Under the pieces are notes generated by a model that saw nothing but the letters and a program-made list of their open reading frames with translations, was not told where the DNA came from and did not search any database. A DNA stretch of 64,000 bases from a virus: positions 1 to 64,000 of the IMG/VR virus record IMGVR_UViG_3300032313_000664. One strand, written 5' to 3'. The position numbers and the translations under genes were made by a program. Positions 46,463-57,574 of the stretch are shown here, piece after piece; the stretch's first letter is position 1, and each line of letters opens with the position of its first letter.

Positions 46463-46870
46463 ATGTCATTTGAGACATTAAAAGTTGCAGAACTCAGAAA
46501 GATTGCAGAAGACTTTGCAGTCGATACTGATGGAATTAAAAATAAGGCAGACATTATTGCCACTCTTGCCGAAGAGGGCGTTACCTGGTCTGTATACCAA
46601 AAGACAATTAAAGATGTTGAAGAAGCGGCTGAAGAGTTTGCTGAGACAGAAGAAATTCTTCCTCGATTTGATCCAAAGTCGGATAAGCCAGAAGATACAG
46701 TTCTAGTTAGAATGACTAGAGAGAATTACAGATACGATATAGTTGGTTATACGTTTACAAAAGAGCACCCTTTTGTTGCAATGACAGAAGAAGATGCTCA
46801 GAAAATTTTTGACAAGGAGGAAGGTTTCCGCATAGCAACCCCTAAAGAAGTTCAGGATTACTACGCTTAA
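46463..46870 (+). CDS. hypothetical protein with Rho_N-like N-terminus
   Basis: LKVAELRKIA..KADII. Confidence 0.65.
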   Translation: MSFETLKVAELRKIAEDFAVDTDGIKNKADIIATLAEEGVTWSVYQKTIKDVEEAAEEFAETEEILPRFDPKSDKPEDTVLVRMTRENYRYDIVGYTFTKEHPFVAMTEEDAQKIFDKEEGFRIATPKEVQDYYA

Positions 46871-46880
46871 CCTTTATTAA

Positions 46881-47861
46881 ATGGAGATATTAGTAGGTAC
46901 AAACTCGCCAGTAAAGCACAAGGTTTATTGGAAAGGCTCTCCAAAAGATGCTGATGCCCTTCCTGTTGTTCGGGTATATGACATAACAGAGGACCCAGCA
47001 ATAACTCCTGCTATTAACCCAGGTACACTTATTACAACACTTACTCCAACAAAGTTGGAAACAGACATAGGTGTTTACGAAGTGTACCCTCCACACTCAT
47101 TAACAAATAGAAATAAACAACTTAATCTTGTATGGCAATATTCAGTCGAAGGAACTGCTATTACAAAAGAGCATAAGCTTTTTGTAGTTACTCCGTATGT
47201 TGATATTACACAAGCAGGAGACGTTTTGAAATTAGGCTCTGACCCGTCTGATCCAAACTATAAGTCTTATTTTGAAATTGCTGAAGCTGAAAGATATGCC
47301 AGAAAGATAATTGAAAACTACACTGGCCAAGTATTTAGCTTGTATGACGATGTGCATACTGTGTACGGGGCAGGAGCAGATGTTTTGCCGCTACCATTTA
47401 AACTAGCAGACATACACGAATTGTATGAGAATGACATACTACTTTTAGATAACATTAATAATATAAATAACTGGAACTATGACACCATCATATCCGAGAG
47501 TGGATTTGGAATAAGAGTTAACAAGGCTACCATGCTAGACAATACTGTTTATGTAGCAAATGGAATGGTTCCCCCATCAATTAATTACTCTACAGGTGGA
47601 GCATTTGGAAAAGACTCAGTATACAGAGTTGCTGGTAGATATGGATGGGAACGTGTTCCTGACGAAGTAGAGCTTGCAGCAATTGAACTCATGAAGGATT
47701 ATTTCTCAAAAGACAAGGTCTGGAGAGACAAGTACATGAAGAGCATATCAACATTTGACTGGAAGTTTGAATACAATGCAGAGACCTACAGAGGGACTGG
47801 CAATGTATATGTCGATCAAATTCTGCTACCTTATATCATTAATCAGATGGTAGTAATATAA
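46881..47861 (+). CDS. head-to-tail adaptor
   Basis: IIENYTGQ, YGW..VPDEV, TGN..VD..L.PY; position. Confidence 0.7.
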   Translation: MEILVGTNSPVKHKVYWKGSPKDADALPVVRVYDITEDPAITPAINPGTLITTLTPTKLETDIGVYEVYPPHSLTNRNKQLNLVWQYSVEGTAITKEHKLFVVTPYVDITQAGDVLKLGSDPSDPNYKSYFEIAEAERYARKIIENYTGQVFSLYDDVHTVYGAGADVLPLPFKLADIHELYENDILLLDNINNINNWNYDTIISESGFGIRVNKATMLDNTVYVANGMVPPSINYSTGGAFGKDSVYRVAGRYGWERVPDEVELAAIELMKDYFSKDKVWRDKYMKSISTFDWKFEYNAETYRGTGNVYVDQILLPYIINQMVVI

Positions 47862-48289
47862 TGTTTAACATCATAGATTCAGTTTTGACTATGAAGATGG
47901 ATGTCTACAAGCAAGTTGATTACCAAGATCCAGACACTGGTGCGCTTAAAAGAGAATGGCAATATGACAGAACAATGTCTTGTCATGCTAAAGGAGTTAT
48001 ATCAAACTCTGCATCTACTAGAACAGGTGATAAGCAAGTTATTTCAAATAGGTACACCAATGATCAAATTTTACAATTAAGAACAACCGACAAGGTTTCA
48101 TTGCGTGAAAAGATTACAAATATATCTGATTCATCGGGCAAAACTATCTGGGTGGAAGCAAATTTTCCAACAGACACCGCAACTGTTTTTGAAGTAATGG
48201 GGTCAACACCAATGACAGACCCATTTGGAACAGTGGTAGGATATAACACATCTGTAAAGAGATCGGAGAACCAGACGATTGGATACTAG
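47861..48289 (+). CDS. head closure/stopper protein
   Basis: size and position. Confidence 0.6.
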   Translation: MFNIIDSVLTMKMDVYKQVDYQDPDTGALKREWQYDRTMSCHAKGVISNSASTRTGDKQVISNRYTNDQILQLRTTDKVSLREKITNISDSSGKTIWVEANFPTDTATVFEVMGSTPMTDPFGTVVGYNTSVKRSENQTIGY

Positions 48290-49073
48290 TGCCGTATTAG
48301 TTAAAGCAGCCAGTGGGTTACAAAAAAACATGGGCGGAACTAAAGGCGCAGTTTTGCAGGATAGCACAGTTGCTCAAATATCAGCAGCTATATATTATCA
48401 GGCATCAGTTATCTCAAAGGTTACAACTAATAAACAATTTCAATCAAAATTTCAAAGCATACTATTTAATCAAATAAAAAAAGACTTTGGAAATTATGTA
48501 GACTCTCAGTCCAGAACAAACCCTAAAACATTACACCATGTTTATGAATGGAAAAAGGTTGGAACCCCTTCAGCAAGACTGTTTGATTTAAAAGTAGTAG
48601 GAACTGACGGTCTTTCTTTTAAGATCTCTTCTGAATTTAAACCTTCTAAATCTATGGTCCCAACAAATTTTGGTAAGGCAAGGCATGTGTTTACAAACAA
48701 AGCTTCCGTCATGGAGGCGGGAATGCCATTAGTAATAAGACCTAAGAATGCAGAAAGACTTGTGTTCGAGATGGATGGGGTCGTTATTAGAATGCCTAAA
48801 GGTATGCCTGTAACAGTTAAAAAGCCAGGAGGCGGCAAGGCAACTGGCAGGTACAAGATAGCCTATGCTCAATTCTTTACTGGCAACCTAGTAAACCTAT
48901 CAATTAAGAATTCAAAATTTCAACAAATATTTAATTCATCTATTACCAAAGCAATGAAATTACCAGTAGATGTTAAAAAAGTTAAATACTCTTTTTCACC
49001 AAATACATTAAATATGCAGGCTGGCTCAGCACTAGCAGCAGCTTTTGGAGGTTCAGATGCCAACGGATTATAA
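48279..49073 (+). CDS. neck/tail completion protein
   Basis: basic; LHHVYEW; TTG start; position. Confidence 0.55.
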   Translation: MDTSAVLVKAASGLQKNMGGTKGAVLQDSTVAQISAAIYYQASVISKVTTNKQFQSKFQSILFNQIKKDFGNYVDSQSRTNPKTLHHVYEWKKVGTPSARLFDLKVVGTDGLSFKISSEFKPSKSMVPTNFGKARHVFTNKASVMEAGMPLVIRPKNAERLVFEMDGVVIRMPKGMPVTVKKPGGGKATGRYKIAYAQFFTGNLVNLSIKNSKFQQIFNSSITKAMKLPVDVKKVKYSFSPNTLNMQAGSALAAAFGGSDANGL

Positions 49074-49569
49074 TTATGATGTAATGCTTGATCTACGCAA
49101 GCACATATGGAGCCAATTAAAGTCTAATAGTTTATTTGAGGCTTCAGATTATTACAGTGATAATTTAGGAGAAGAGCTAATTCCTATTATCCCAGTACAG
49201 CAACAACCAGAAATGAATCAATTTTTGAGCGGTAAGAAGCATATAGTATATGACAAGATAGGAATGTCTTACGAGGATAACTGGGTAATATGCTGTGAGC
49301 AAATCCTATTTACAATATACTCAACAGACGTATCTGAGATTAATCAAATAAGAAATTTAATGATGGATTTATATAGAAGAATGGATGAGTCAGCAAGGGA
49401 TGCAAACCTGTATTCGGGCATATCTCAGAAGTTTAAGTTCTATAGCATATTTGTTGCAGACATATCCCCTACAGCCCCTTCAGAGGAGCTAGCAGGCTTC
49501 CTGTCAACCGATGTAGTGCTTGAGGTAAAATACGCAAGGCACGTGGATTCAAACGGCAGATTCCTCTAG
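49057..49569 (+). CDS. tail terminator-like protein
   Basis: SD GGAGG before ATG 49057; precedes tail tube gene. Confidence 0.6.
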   Translation: MPTDYNYDVMLDLRKHIWSQLKSNSLFEASDYYSDNLGEELIPIIPVQQQPEMNQFLSGKKHIVYDKIGMSYEDNWVICCEQILFTIYSTDVSEINQIRNLMMDLYRRMDESARDANLYSGISQKFKFYSIFVADISPTAPSEELAGFLSTDVVLEVKYARHVDSNGRFL

Positions 49570-49685
49570 TTTGCCTTTTAGGGCATTATACACTAAAATT
49601 AGATTTAGAGGAAAGGCCTAGCCAGCCAAGATTTCAAAAAAGTTTAACAATATATATATATTTTTAAAACAGGAGGTAAGACACA

Positions 49686-50372
49686 ATGGCATTTAACTCA
49701 GCCAAAAATATTCTTGTGGGAGCTTCACCGCTTTACATCTCGAATTCAGATTCAACTGTAACAGGTTATGTTGAAAACCAAGAGCCAGGAGTTGCAAAGA
49801 CTGCAACAGCTGGAAAGAAGGACGGTGTTCCAGCATTTAACGCTGCAACATCATACCGTACAACTCTTGACGCAGCACAAGCTGTAACAGACAATGCTTA
49901 CCGTAACGTAGGGTTTACAAACAATGGTCTTCAGATCACTTACAACCCAACTTACGATTCAGTAACTGTTGACCAGTTACTTGATACAGCAAAGCTTTTC
50001 AAGTCTGCGATGGAAGTTATGATCGCAACAGAAATGGCAGAAGGAACACTAGAGAACGTTCTAGTGGTTTTCGGACAAGGACAAGGAACTCTTACAAACG
50101 CAGGTAAGACACTTGGACTAGAAGCAGGTTCTCTTGGTATTGCACCAACAGAGCGCCAGCTAGTAGCAATTGGACAAGCTCCAACTGACACTTCAGCCAC
50201 AACAGAGCGTATTTACTATGCACGTCGTGTATTGTCTGTACAACAGTCACAATTCTCACTTGCACGTAATACACCAACATCATTCCCAGTAACATTCCGT
50301 TTGCTTCCAGACGCAGGTTACACAGGTTCAGAATACGGTAAGATTATTGACCGTACTTGGACACCAGCTTAA
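49686..50372 (+). CDS. major tail (tube) protein
   Basis: NILVG, VGFTNNG, VDQLLD, FRLLPD; strong SD and terminator. Confidence 0.8.
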   Translation: MAFNSAKNILVGASPLYISNSDSTVTGYVENQEPGVAKTATAGKKDGVPAFNAATSYRTTLDAAQAVTDNAYRNVGFTNNGLQITYNPTYDSVTVDQLLDTAKLFKSAMEVMIATEMAEGTLENVLVVFGQGQGTLTNAGKTLGLEAGSLGIAPTERQLVAIGQAPTDTSATTERIYYARRVLSVQQSQFSLARNTPTSFPVTFRLLPDAGYTGSEYGKIIDRTWTPA

Positions 50373-50386
50373 TTAAAATTAAGTAG

Positions 50387-50416
50387 ATAAAGCCCCCATT
50401 TATGGGGGCTTTATTG
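50387..50416 (+). terminator. intrinsic terminator
   Basis: ATAAAGCCCCCAT/ATGGGGGCTTTAT. Confidence 0.8.
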
Positions 50417-50472
50417 TTGTGCTGGTAAATGCTTTATGTTATAATAATTAAGACGATCCTAGGAGGATTAAA

Positions 50473-50805
50473 TTGGCAAATACAGTATATAGTGTAGAAG
50501 AGATTACACTGCAAGACGGCTCAACAGTTAAGCTAAAGCCACTAAGCATCAAAGAGCTTAGAGATTTTATGAAGGCTCTACAGGGTGCGGCAGACTCAAC
50601 ATCAGAAACCGAAACACTAAATGTTTTGATTGATGCAGTAGCAGTAGCACTAAAAAAGCAACTACCAGATTTGGTAGCAGATAGAGATGCATTAGAAGAT
50701 GCACTTGATGTACCCACAATAAATCGCATCCTTGAAGTATGCGGTGGGATTAAGATGGATGACCCAAACCTACTAGCGGCAGCGGTTCTGGCTGGTCAGA
50801 ACTAG
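50473..50805 (+). CDS. tail assembly chaperone (G-like)
   Basis: between tail tube and tape measure; TTG start with AGGAGG. Confidence 0.8.
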   Translation: MANTVYSVEEITLQDGSTVKLKPLSIKELRDFMKALQGAADSTSETETLNVLIDAVAVALKKQLPDLVADRDALEDALDVPTINRILEVCGGIKMDDPNLLAAAVLAGQN

Positions 50806-51143
50806 ATCTAGCCGCTTTAGAGGGTGAAGTATTTCTTCTGGGAAACTGGAAGAATTATGAAGAACTAGAAGAAAGTCTTTCAATGCCAGAGCTAATACAA
50901 ACATTGAAATCCTTTAAGAAGCAAAAAGCAGAAGATAGAAAATTTGCAGCAGGACTTAAAGGCATAGAAATAAATATTGATGAAGACGAAGAAGAAGTTC
51001 AAGAAGGAAAAACCTTTGAAGATATTCAAAGAAAAGCATTAGGTATTAATGCATCAGGTGATGATATACTTTCATTACAAGGTCCATTAGCAGCAAGTGC
51101 AGGATTTGGAATCGGAGCTGGTTTAGGTTATTCAAAGGAGTAA
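50763..51143 (+). CDS. tail assembly chaperone -1 frameshift extension (GT-like)
   Basis: slippery C CCA AAC at 50763-50769; -1 frame open from there to 51143. Confidence 0.75.
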   Translation, partial: PKPTSGSGSGWSELDLAALEGEVFLLGNWKNYEELEESLSMPELIQTLKSFKKQKAEDRKFAAGLKGIEINIDEDEEEVQEGKTFEDIQRKALGINASGDDILSLQGPLAASAGFGIGAGLGYSKE

Positions 51144-51154
51144 TGTATAGATAA

Positions 51155-54100
51155 ATGGCTGATGAAAATATTGTAACTAATATAGTTGCCAATGCTGATT
51201 TTTCAGGTCTTATTGCAGATGTCAATAAGGTCACAGCCTCACTATCTAAACTACAAGCTCAGTTAATTGCTTCAGACGCAAAGCTTGCAAATCAAGTTGC
51301 GGTAATGAACAGATCCTTCTCAGAAAATTTGAGAAGAACTGGGCAGTTTTCTACACACTTTGTTACACTAACTTCAGATACTGAAAAGTTTGGTAAGAGT
51401 CTTGATGGCGGAAAGCTTAAGCTACGAGACTACTTTAGAACGTTTCAAGAACATACAAAAACTTCAGGCGGAATCGTTAGAGATCTTGCTAAGCAACAAG
51501 TAGCACTACAAAATGCCATCATACAACCCTTGGGTAAAAACGCCCAAGGGCTTATGCAGTTTAACGTACAGGTTCCACAAGGTCTAGATAATATAAAAAA
51601 CAAAACAGCCATAGCAAGACAAGAGCTTCAGATATTAAATAAGGTTGTTCAAGATGGCGGAGTTCAGCTTATTAACTGGGGTAAGAACACTCAGTGGGCA
51701 GGACGTCAGCTAACAGTAGGATTAACAGTACCACTAGCGGCATTTGGTAAAGCAGCAGCAGATGCATTTAGAATGGCAGACGCAGAGTTGGTAAGACTTA
51801 CAAAGGTTTATGGCGGAGTAGCAGCAACATCCTCAGCAGAATTATCTAAAATAAGAACTGAAGTTTCAGCAACCGCTAAAGAAATTTCAAAAGCTTATGG
51901 AGTTTCATTTAAAGATACAATTACACTTGCAGCAGATATAGCAGCAACAGGTAAACAAGGCGATGAGCTTTTGTCTTCAGTCAAAGAAACAAGCAGACTT
52001 GCAGTTCTTGGTGAAGTAGATAGACAAGAAGCCATGAAGGCCACACTGGCAATTCAAACAACATTTAAACAAAACACTGATCAACTTTCTGAGTCGATTA
52101 ACTTCCTTAACTCAGTTGAAAACCAAACATCAACAACTCTTAATGACTTAGTAGAAGCAATTCCAAAAGCTGGTCCAGTTATTCAAGGATTAGGCGGAAG
52201 CGTACAAGACTTAGCGTTGTATTTAACTGCAATGAAGGAAGGTGGAATTAATGCTTCAGAAGGAGCCAACGCTCTTAAATCAGCACTAGCATCTTTAATT
52301 AATCCTACAAAAGTAGCAAAAGAAAAGTTTTTTGAAATGGGAATTGATCTCGGTGGAATTGTAACAAAAAATGCTGGAAATTTAACAGGAACAATAATGG
52401 CTCTTCAGGCCGCACTAGATAGCCTAGACCCACTACAAAAGCAACAGGCAATTGAGCAGTTGTTTGGTAAGTTCCAGTTCTCTAGACTTAATGCTTTGTT
52501 TGCAAACTTAGGCAAGCAAGGAAGCCAGACTCTTCAGGTAATGGATTTAATGAAAGCAAGTTCTCAAGAGCTAGCCCAAGTTGCTGACCGAGAATTATCA
52601 ATGGTAACAGAATCTGCTTCTGGAAAGTACAGAAGAGCAATAGAGGGATTAAAGGCAGACCTAGCTGGAATAGGAGAAGAGTTCCTTAAGGTACAAACAT
52701 TCTTTATCAATGTTGTAGACGGAATTATTGATTTTACAACCAAACTTCCAAAGCCTATTAAGCAGATCTTAACTTTTGCTGGTGGATTAACCGCAGTAAT
52801 CGGTCCAGTTATTATGTTGACTGGTGTTCTCGCTAACTTCTTTGGCTACGTTATAAAAGGAGTTTCTCACTTTAAAGCCTTGTTTAAAGGTGGAGAAGGC
52901 TGGAAGATGCTTACTCCAGAAATTCTTGCTGCACAAAAAGCAGGAAGCCTTGTTGAAAAAACATTTTACAGTGATGCACAAGCGGCAACAGTATTAAAAA
53001 CAGCAATTGAAGGCTTAGTAGCAGAGTTTACTGTATTGCAATCTAAGGCTCAGTCAGGGGCAATATCAGTTGCTCCAGCATTAAATAATTTTGTAAGCGG
53101 GGTTACTGGAAGAGTAGTTAATCCAAACCATCCAATGCTAAGCCCAACAGACACAAGATCAATGTCTCACATGAATCCAGTTGGTGGGATGACGGCAGAT
53201 CAAAAGACTGGCCAAACAATATTTGGAGTAGTACCTGGAGCACCAAGAGTTAATCAGACAATAGGTAATAACCCACAGATTTATGCAAATGCAGATTTAC
53301 CAGAAGTACAGGGTCTTACAAGAATTGGAAAAGCTTCAACTGGAGTAGTTGCAGCCGAAGCTGCTAAGTGGCATGCAATGACAGGCGCATTAGCAATGCA
53401 ATCAGAAACAGAAATAAAAGCATTGAAAACAGAAGTTTCCAGAACAGGATTAATTACACACGAGCTTTCTGCTTCGTATCAAGCTTTGTTGCCAGAAATG
53501 ACAAAGCTAACACAACGAGCAGCCCTTGAGTCAGCAGAAATTGTTGCTCAATTACAAGCAAGTAAAATAACAATAGATCAAGCAAGAGCAAAAATTATTG
53601 CATTGAATGCACAAATTGAAGCTGCTATGGGAGCTGCTGCTACAGATATTGCAGGACAGCAAGGAAGATCTATTGCCTTAACGTCTGTTCCTTTGCTAAG
53701 TCAACCAGTGGTAGACAGAGCTGGTAAATCAAATATGAAAGAGCTTGCTCGTCCAGGAAGAACAAGAGGTCTTCTTAATAAAATTGCAGGAGGCCTCGGA
53801 GTTAAAACTTTTGGCGCACCGTATAGCATTGAAACAACAATGCCAAAGAAGTTTCATACGGGAGGCACAGTCAGTGGTCCAGGAACTGGAACATCTGATT
53901 CAATTCCTGCAATGGTTTCTAATGGAGAGTTTATTGTTAAAGCGGGATCAGTAAATGCAGAAACCCTTCCAATTCTTCAAGCAATAAATGATAACCCAGA
54001 CAATACAAGACCATTCCTATCTGCCTTTATGACACATCAAGGAACTGAAATAAATCAAGGTCTTGAAGGTAAAGCAAAAGGAAAAGTGGTACCAACTGGA

Positions 54101-57100
54101 ATATCGATTGCAAATGATATGCAGAACCTTCATTCTCGTGGCCTGCACCCAATGGGCGTTTTTTATGATCAAGGAACAAGATTAGGTTACGATAAGAATG
54201 AATTAAAAATTGCACTTAACGGTGCACACGAAGAACTGCAAAGAACTTTTTCTGCAAAAGGATCTGCTACAATTAATAAGCTATATTACGACAAAGTGGC
54301 TTCATCTACTATACTTAAATACTTAAAAGATGTTAAAAGATTAAGTCCAGCAATAGGCAGACAAGTTTCTATGGCAGAAGAACTTATGTTCTTAGGTCAT
54401 CAAAGACTATCTTCAGGTAAAGGTTTTGAAAAAGGAACAATGCGTCAAGTTGGATTTGATGGCGTCAAGCTACCCAGAGAAATTATCGGCACTGGAAGTG
54501 GATTCTCTAAAGATTCAAATCAAAGACATTTTAATTTAATACAAGACCTATACGACGAAGAACCTTCAAATAAGTATACAGGTAAGTTAGGTAAGGGCAA
54601 TACTATATCTCAAGTATTTAAAACTCAAAAAGGTCATATGGGTGTGGCACGACCAATTTCAAAAATGAATTTCTTAATGAGCATGGTAAAAAACAAACTA
54701 AGTCGTGCACCACTTGCGCCAGACCCAAGATCAATTGCTTTGAATCAAAAATGGAGAAGAGGATACAAAGACGGCGGATTAGTTGGATACAAGAACGGCG
54801 GTATGGTTGGAGGAATGGATATCCCACGCTTTCATGATGGCGGCTTTGTTTCTGGATTTCAATCTCAAGCTAGCAAGGGGTTTGTTGGACAAGGAATGCT
54901 AAAGCGCCCTGAAGGCGGCGGAATGGGCATCGGTGCTCAAATGGGAATGATGATGGGCGGATCAATGCTAGGACAATCTATAGGCGGCAACGTTGGCACT
55001 GGAATAACAATGGCTGCAAATATTCTCCCATGGCTTCCCCTACAAAAAATTATGCCATTAATTGGCAAGCTAATGACAAACCTAAGAACACTTTCTGGAA
55101 TAGCAAATATTGCTGGTAAAGCAATGGGTCTATTATTTAGAGTTGGTCCAGTTGGTGCAGTTGTTACTGCAGTTGGACTTGCTGTATTTGCTTATAAGAA
55201 GTGGCGCAAAGAAGTAGAAGAAACTCAAAGAGAACATGTAATGCTAAACGGCATTACTGAAAAGGGTGCTAAAGAAGCAGGAATTAGCTACAAGAATGTA
55301 GCAAACTCAATTAAGGATGTAAGAGAGCAGTTTAAGCTTCAACAACAACAAGGTATATCCGCATACGAATCAATGACTGGTTCTGGAGTACAAGGGCTTA
55401 CATTAACAATTGCACAACTAAAAGAATTAAAGAAAACTGCAAAAGATACTATGCCAGAGTTAGTCGGAACTTTTAATAGCATAGATACAAGCAAGGTAAA
55501 TGATCTTGCTGCAAACCTAAAGGCACAATTTGTATCTGCAGGTATGTCTGCACAAGATGCAACAAATAAAATTTATGCAATCATAGAAGCATCAAATAAG
55601 GCTGGCGCAGGACTTGGTGCTATAACTAGCACAGGATTTACTGCAATAACAGACAAGGGAAGCGCTGCTTCTGCTATCGTTAAAAATTTAATTGATAGTC
55701 TTGCAGATATTGAAAATGTTGATCCAAAAGCATTTGCATCAAATATTGATACCGTTATATCAAGCCTAGATGCAGCAACTGCTGCACTTGTAGGAACAAA
55801 AGATGCACAAGGAAATACAATTGATGAATCTATGGCAATGACAATGCAATGGGAAAAGCTTGTCAAACTTGGTGCCGACTATACTCAATTAGGAGAAAAA
55901 GCTCTTGCTAACCTAAAGAAAGAAAGACCTGAACTTGCTGCAATATTAAAGAGCACAGATACTGTTGCAGGAATGTATGCCAAGTGGAGAGTACTTTTGG
56001 CTGGAGTTAATATTGATCTTAAGAATATAACATCTCAACAAGCAATGGGAATTGCAGCTTATCAGCAAGCACTTTCTATGGCAGCATCTGCTTCAACATC
56101 AAATGAAAACACAAAAGGCGCATTGGGCACAGCTAATAAAGCAACAAAAGATTTAACAGATAGCATTAAAAAAGGCGAGAATGCAATAAAGAAGTATTCA
56201 AATACTGAAGCTGGATTAAGCAAGGCCAGAATAAAAGCATATCAGGATGAAATTAAAGCTATCCGTGATCGTGCTGATGCAAAGAAGAAAGCCCTAAGAG
56301 ACACTGTAGAAACTGAAAACACTGAGCTTGAGCTACAAAAGCTTAAGTTAGAAGCCCAAGCCGCACTAGCACGTGGAGACAGAGATGCTTATGAAGCTGC
56401 AAACATTGCAATTGCTCAGCTTACGAAAGAAACTCAGTTAAAGAAGGCTGAAGATAAAATTGATGCTAATGCTAAAAAAGAAGAAGCAAAAATTCAAGCC
56501 ATTCTTGATGCAGATCAAGCAAAGAAAGATGCAGCAGCAGATGCAGTTACTAAGGCACAAAATACAGGCGCTTCAGCGACACAAACACTTGGAGAAATAA
56601 ATAGCATTAAGTCGTTGCTTGCCCAGCTGGCAATAGATCAAATTGAAAACGATAAGCTTAAAGACCCAACTAAAAAAGCAGATGGTCAAAAAGCTCTAGA
56701 CGGAAGACTTCAAACTATAATTGGATCACTTGAAAAAGCTTCAGATGCTGTTCAAAAAGCATTCCCAGAATATGTTGATGCAAAAACAAATAAAGGAATT
56801 CCTACAAAAATTTATGGAATGCCTGGAGGTGAAGGTGCTCGAACTGGAGCTGGTGGAGCATTTGATAAGCTTGTTGCAGAAGTTGCAACAGGCGCAGAAA
56901 AGAATTTTAATAAATTATCTTCAGAAATTAGAGGCGGGGCATCACTTGGAGATGTTGTTAAAGCAATGGGCGGGACAGTAAGCAAGAGTAAAAAAATTGA
57001 GCAAGCAGATGTTACTGCTGCAATAAAAGCACAGCCTGGAGGTAGCAGTTCAGGATACCTTAAAGATCAAACAAAGGATGACGGTTCTCTTGAAGAGGGA

Positions 57101-57574
57101 GTGAGAAACGCTATCATACAAAAGTATGGGTTTAAAGATGGAGATTCATTTGAATTCCAGGGCAAGACATATAATGTAAAGAAGAAGGCCTGGTACAACG
57201 GTAAAGGCAACGAAGCTGTTCTTGTAAAGAAGTGGGGCGGCGGTGCCGTAGTTGCTGGACAAACCTACGGTGTAAATGATAGAATTAACTCATTGGGAGT
57301 ACAGCAAGAAGGCTTTATGCCGTTTACTCCAAAGGTAAGCGGAATAATTTATCCAAATGTTGATACTATGCCAAAGTATAATATCCATAGCGGAGAAGTA
57401 ACTGGAATGCGTGGCGGAGTAAACAGTTCTTACAATAACAATTCATACTCAATTAACATTGCGCTTAATGGAACCAACGTGACAGCAGACGATGTAATGA
57501 GAAGATTTAAGACAGAGATGGCTTTGGTTCATGCAAAAGAAGGAAGATCTAGATCAGTTGGGGGACAAGTTTAA
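51155..57574 (+). CDS. tape measure protein (TP901-type core)
   Basis: 2139 aa, Ala/Gly-rich helical; GPGTGTSDSIPAMVSNGEF. Confidence 0.92.
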   Translation: MADENIVTNIVANADFSGLIADVNKVTASLSKLQAQLIASDAKLANQVAVMNRSFSENLRRTGQFSTHFVTLTSDTEKFGKSLDGGKLKLRDYFRTFQEHTKTSGGIVRDLAKQQVALQNAIIQPLGKNAQGLMQFNVQVPQGLDNIKNKTAIARQELQILNKVVQDGGVQLINWGKNTQWAGRQLTVGLTVPLAAFGKAAADAFRMADAELVRLTKVYGGVAATSSAELSKIRTEVSATAKEISKAYGVSFKDTITLAADIAATGKQGDELLSSVKETSRLAVLGEVDRQEAMKATLAIQTTFKQNTDQLSESINFLNSVENQTSTTLNDLVEAIPKAGPVIQGLGGSVQDLALYLTAMKEGGINASEGANALKSALASLINPTKVAKEKFFEMGIDLGGIVTKNAGNLTGTIMALQAALDSLDPLQKQQAIEQLFGKFQFSRLNALFANLGKQGSQTLQVMDLMKASSQELAQVADRELSMVTESASGKYRRAIEGLKADLAGIGEEFLKVQTFFINVVDGIIDFTTKLPKPIKQILTFAGGLTAVIGPVIMLTGVLANFFGYVIKGVSHFKALFKGGEGWKMLTPEILAAQKAGSLVEKTFYSDAQAATVLKTAIEGLVAEFTVLQSKAQSGAISVAPALNNFVSGVTGRVVNPNHPMLSPTDTRSMSHMNPVGGMTADQKTGQTIFGVVPGAPRVNQTIGNNPQIYANADLPEVQGLTRIGKASTGVVAAEAAKWHAMTGALAMQSETEIKALKTEVSRTGLITHELSASYQALLPEMTKLTQRAALESAEIVAQLQASKITIDQARAKIIALNAQIEAAMGAAATDIAGQQGRSIALTSVPLLSQPVVDRAGKSNMKELARPGRTRGLLNKIAGGLGVKTFGAPYSIETTMPKKFHTGGTVSGPGTGTSDSIPAMVSNGEFIVKAGSVNAETLPILQAINDNPDNTRPFLSAFMTHQGTEINQGLEGKAKGKVVPTGISIANDMQNLHSRGLHPMGVFYDQGTRLGYDKNELKIALNGAHEELQRTFSAKGSATINKLYYDKVASSTILKYLKDVKRLSPAIGRQVSMAEELMFLGHQRLSSGKGFEKGTMRQVGFDGVKLPREIIGTGSGFSKDSNQRHFNLIQDLYDEEPSNKYTGKLGKGNTISQVFKTQKGHMGVARPISKMNFLMSMVKNKLSRAPLAPDPRSIALNQKWRRGYKDGGLVGYKNGGMVGGMDIPRFHDGGFVSGFQSQASKGFVGQGMLKRPEGGGMGIGAQMGMMMGGSMLGQSIGGNVGTGITMAANILPWLPLQKIMPLIGKLMTNLRTLSGIANIAGKAMGLLFRVGPVGAVVTAVGLAVFAYKKWRKEVEETQREHVMLNGITEKGAKEAGISYKNVANSIKDVREQFKLQQQQGISAYESMTGSGVQGLTLTIAQLKELKKTAKDTMPELVGTFNSIDTSKVNDLAANLKAQFVSAGMSAQDATNKIYAIIEASNKAGAGLGAITSTGFTAITDKGSAASAIVKNLIDSLADIENVDPKAFASNIDTVISSLDAATAALVGTKDAQGNTIDESMAMTMQWEKLVKLGADYTQLGEKALANLKKERPELAAILKSTDTVAGMYAKWRVLLAGVNIDLKNITSQQAMGIAAYQQALSMAASASTSNENTKGALGTANKATKDLTDSIKKGENAIKKYSNTEAGLSKARIKAYQDEIKAIRDRADAKKKALRDTVETENTELELQKLKLEAQAALARGDRDAYEAANIAIAQLTKETQLKKAEDKIDANAKKEEAKIQAILDADQAKKDAAADAVTKAQNTGASATQTLGEINSIKSLLAQLAIDQIENDKLKDPTKKADGQKALDGRLQTIIGSLEKASDAVQKAFPEYVDAKTNKGIPTKIYGMPGGEGARTGAGGAFDKLVAEVATGAEKNFNKLSSEIRGGASLGDVVKAMGGTVSKSKKIEQADVTAAIKAQPGGSSSGYLKDQTKDDGSLEEGVRNAIIQKYGFKDGDSFEFQGKTYNVKKKAWYNGKGNEAVLVKKWGGGAVVAGQTYGVNDRINSLGVQQEGFMPFTPKVSGIIYPNVDTMPKYNIHSGEVTGMRGGVNSSYNNNSYSINIALNGTNVTADDVMRRFKTEMALVHAKEGRSRSVGGQV

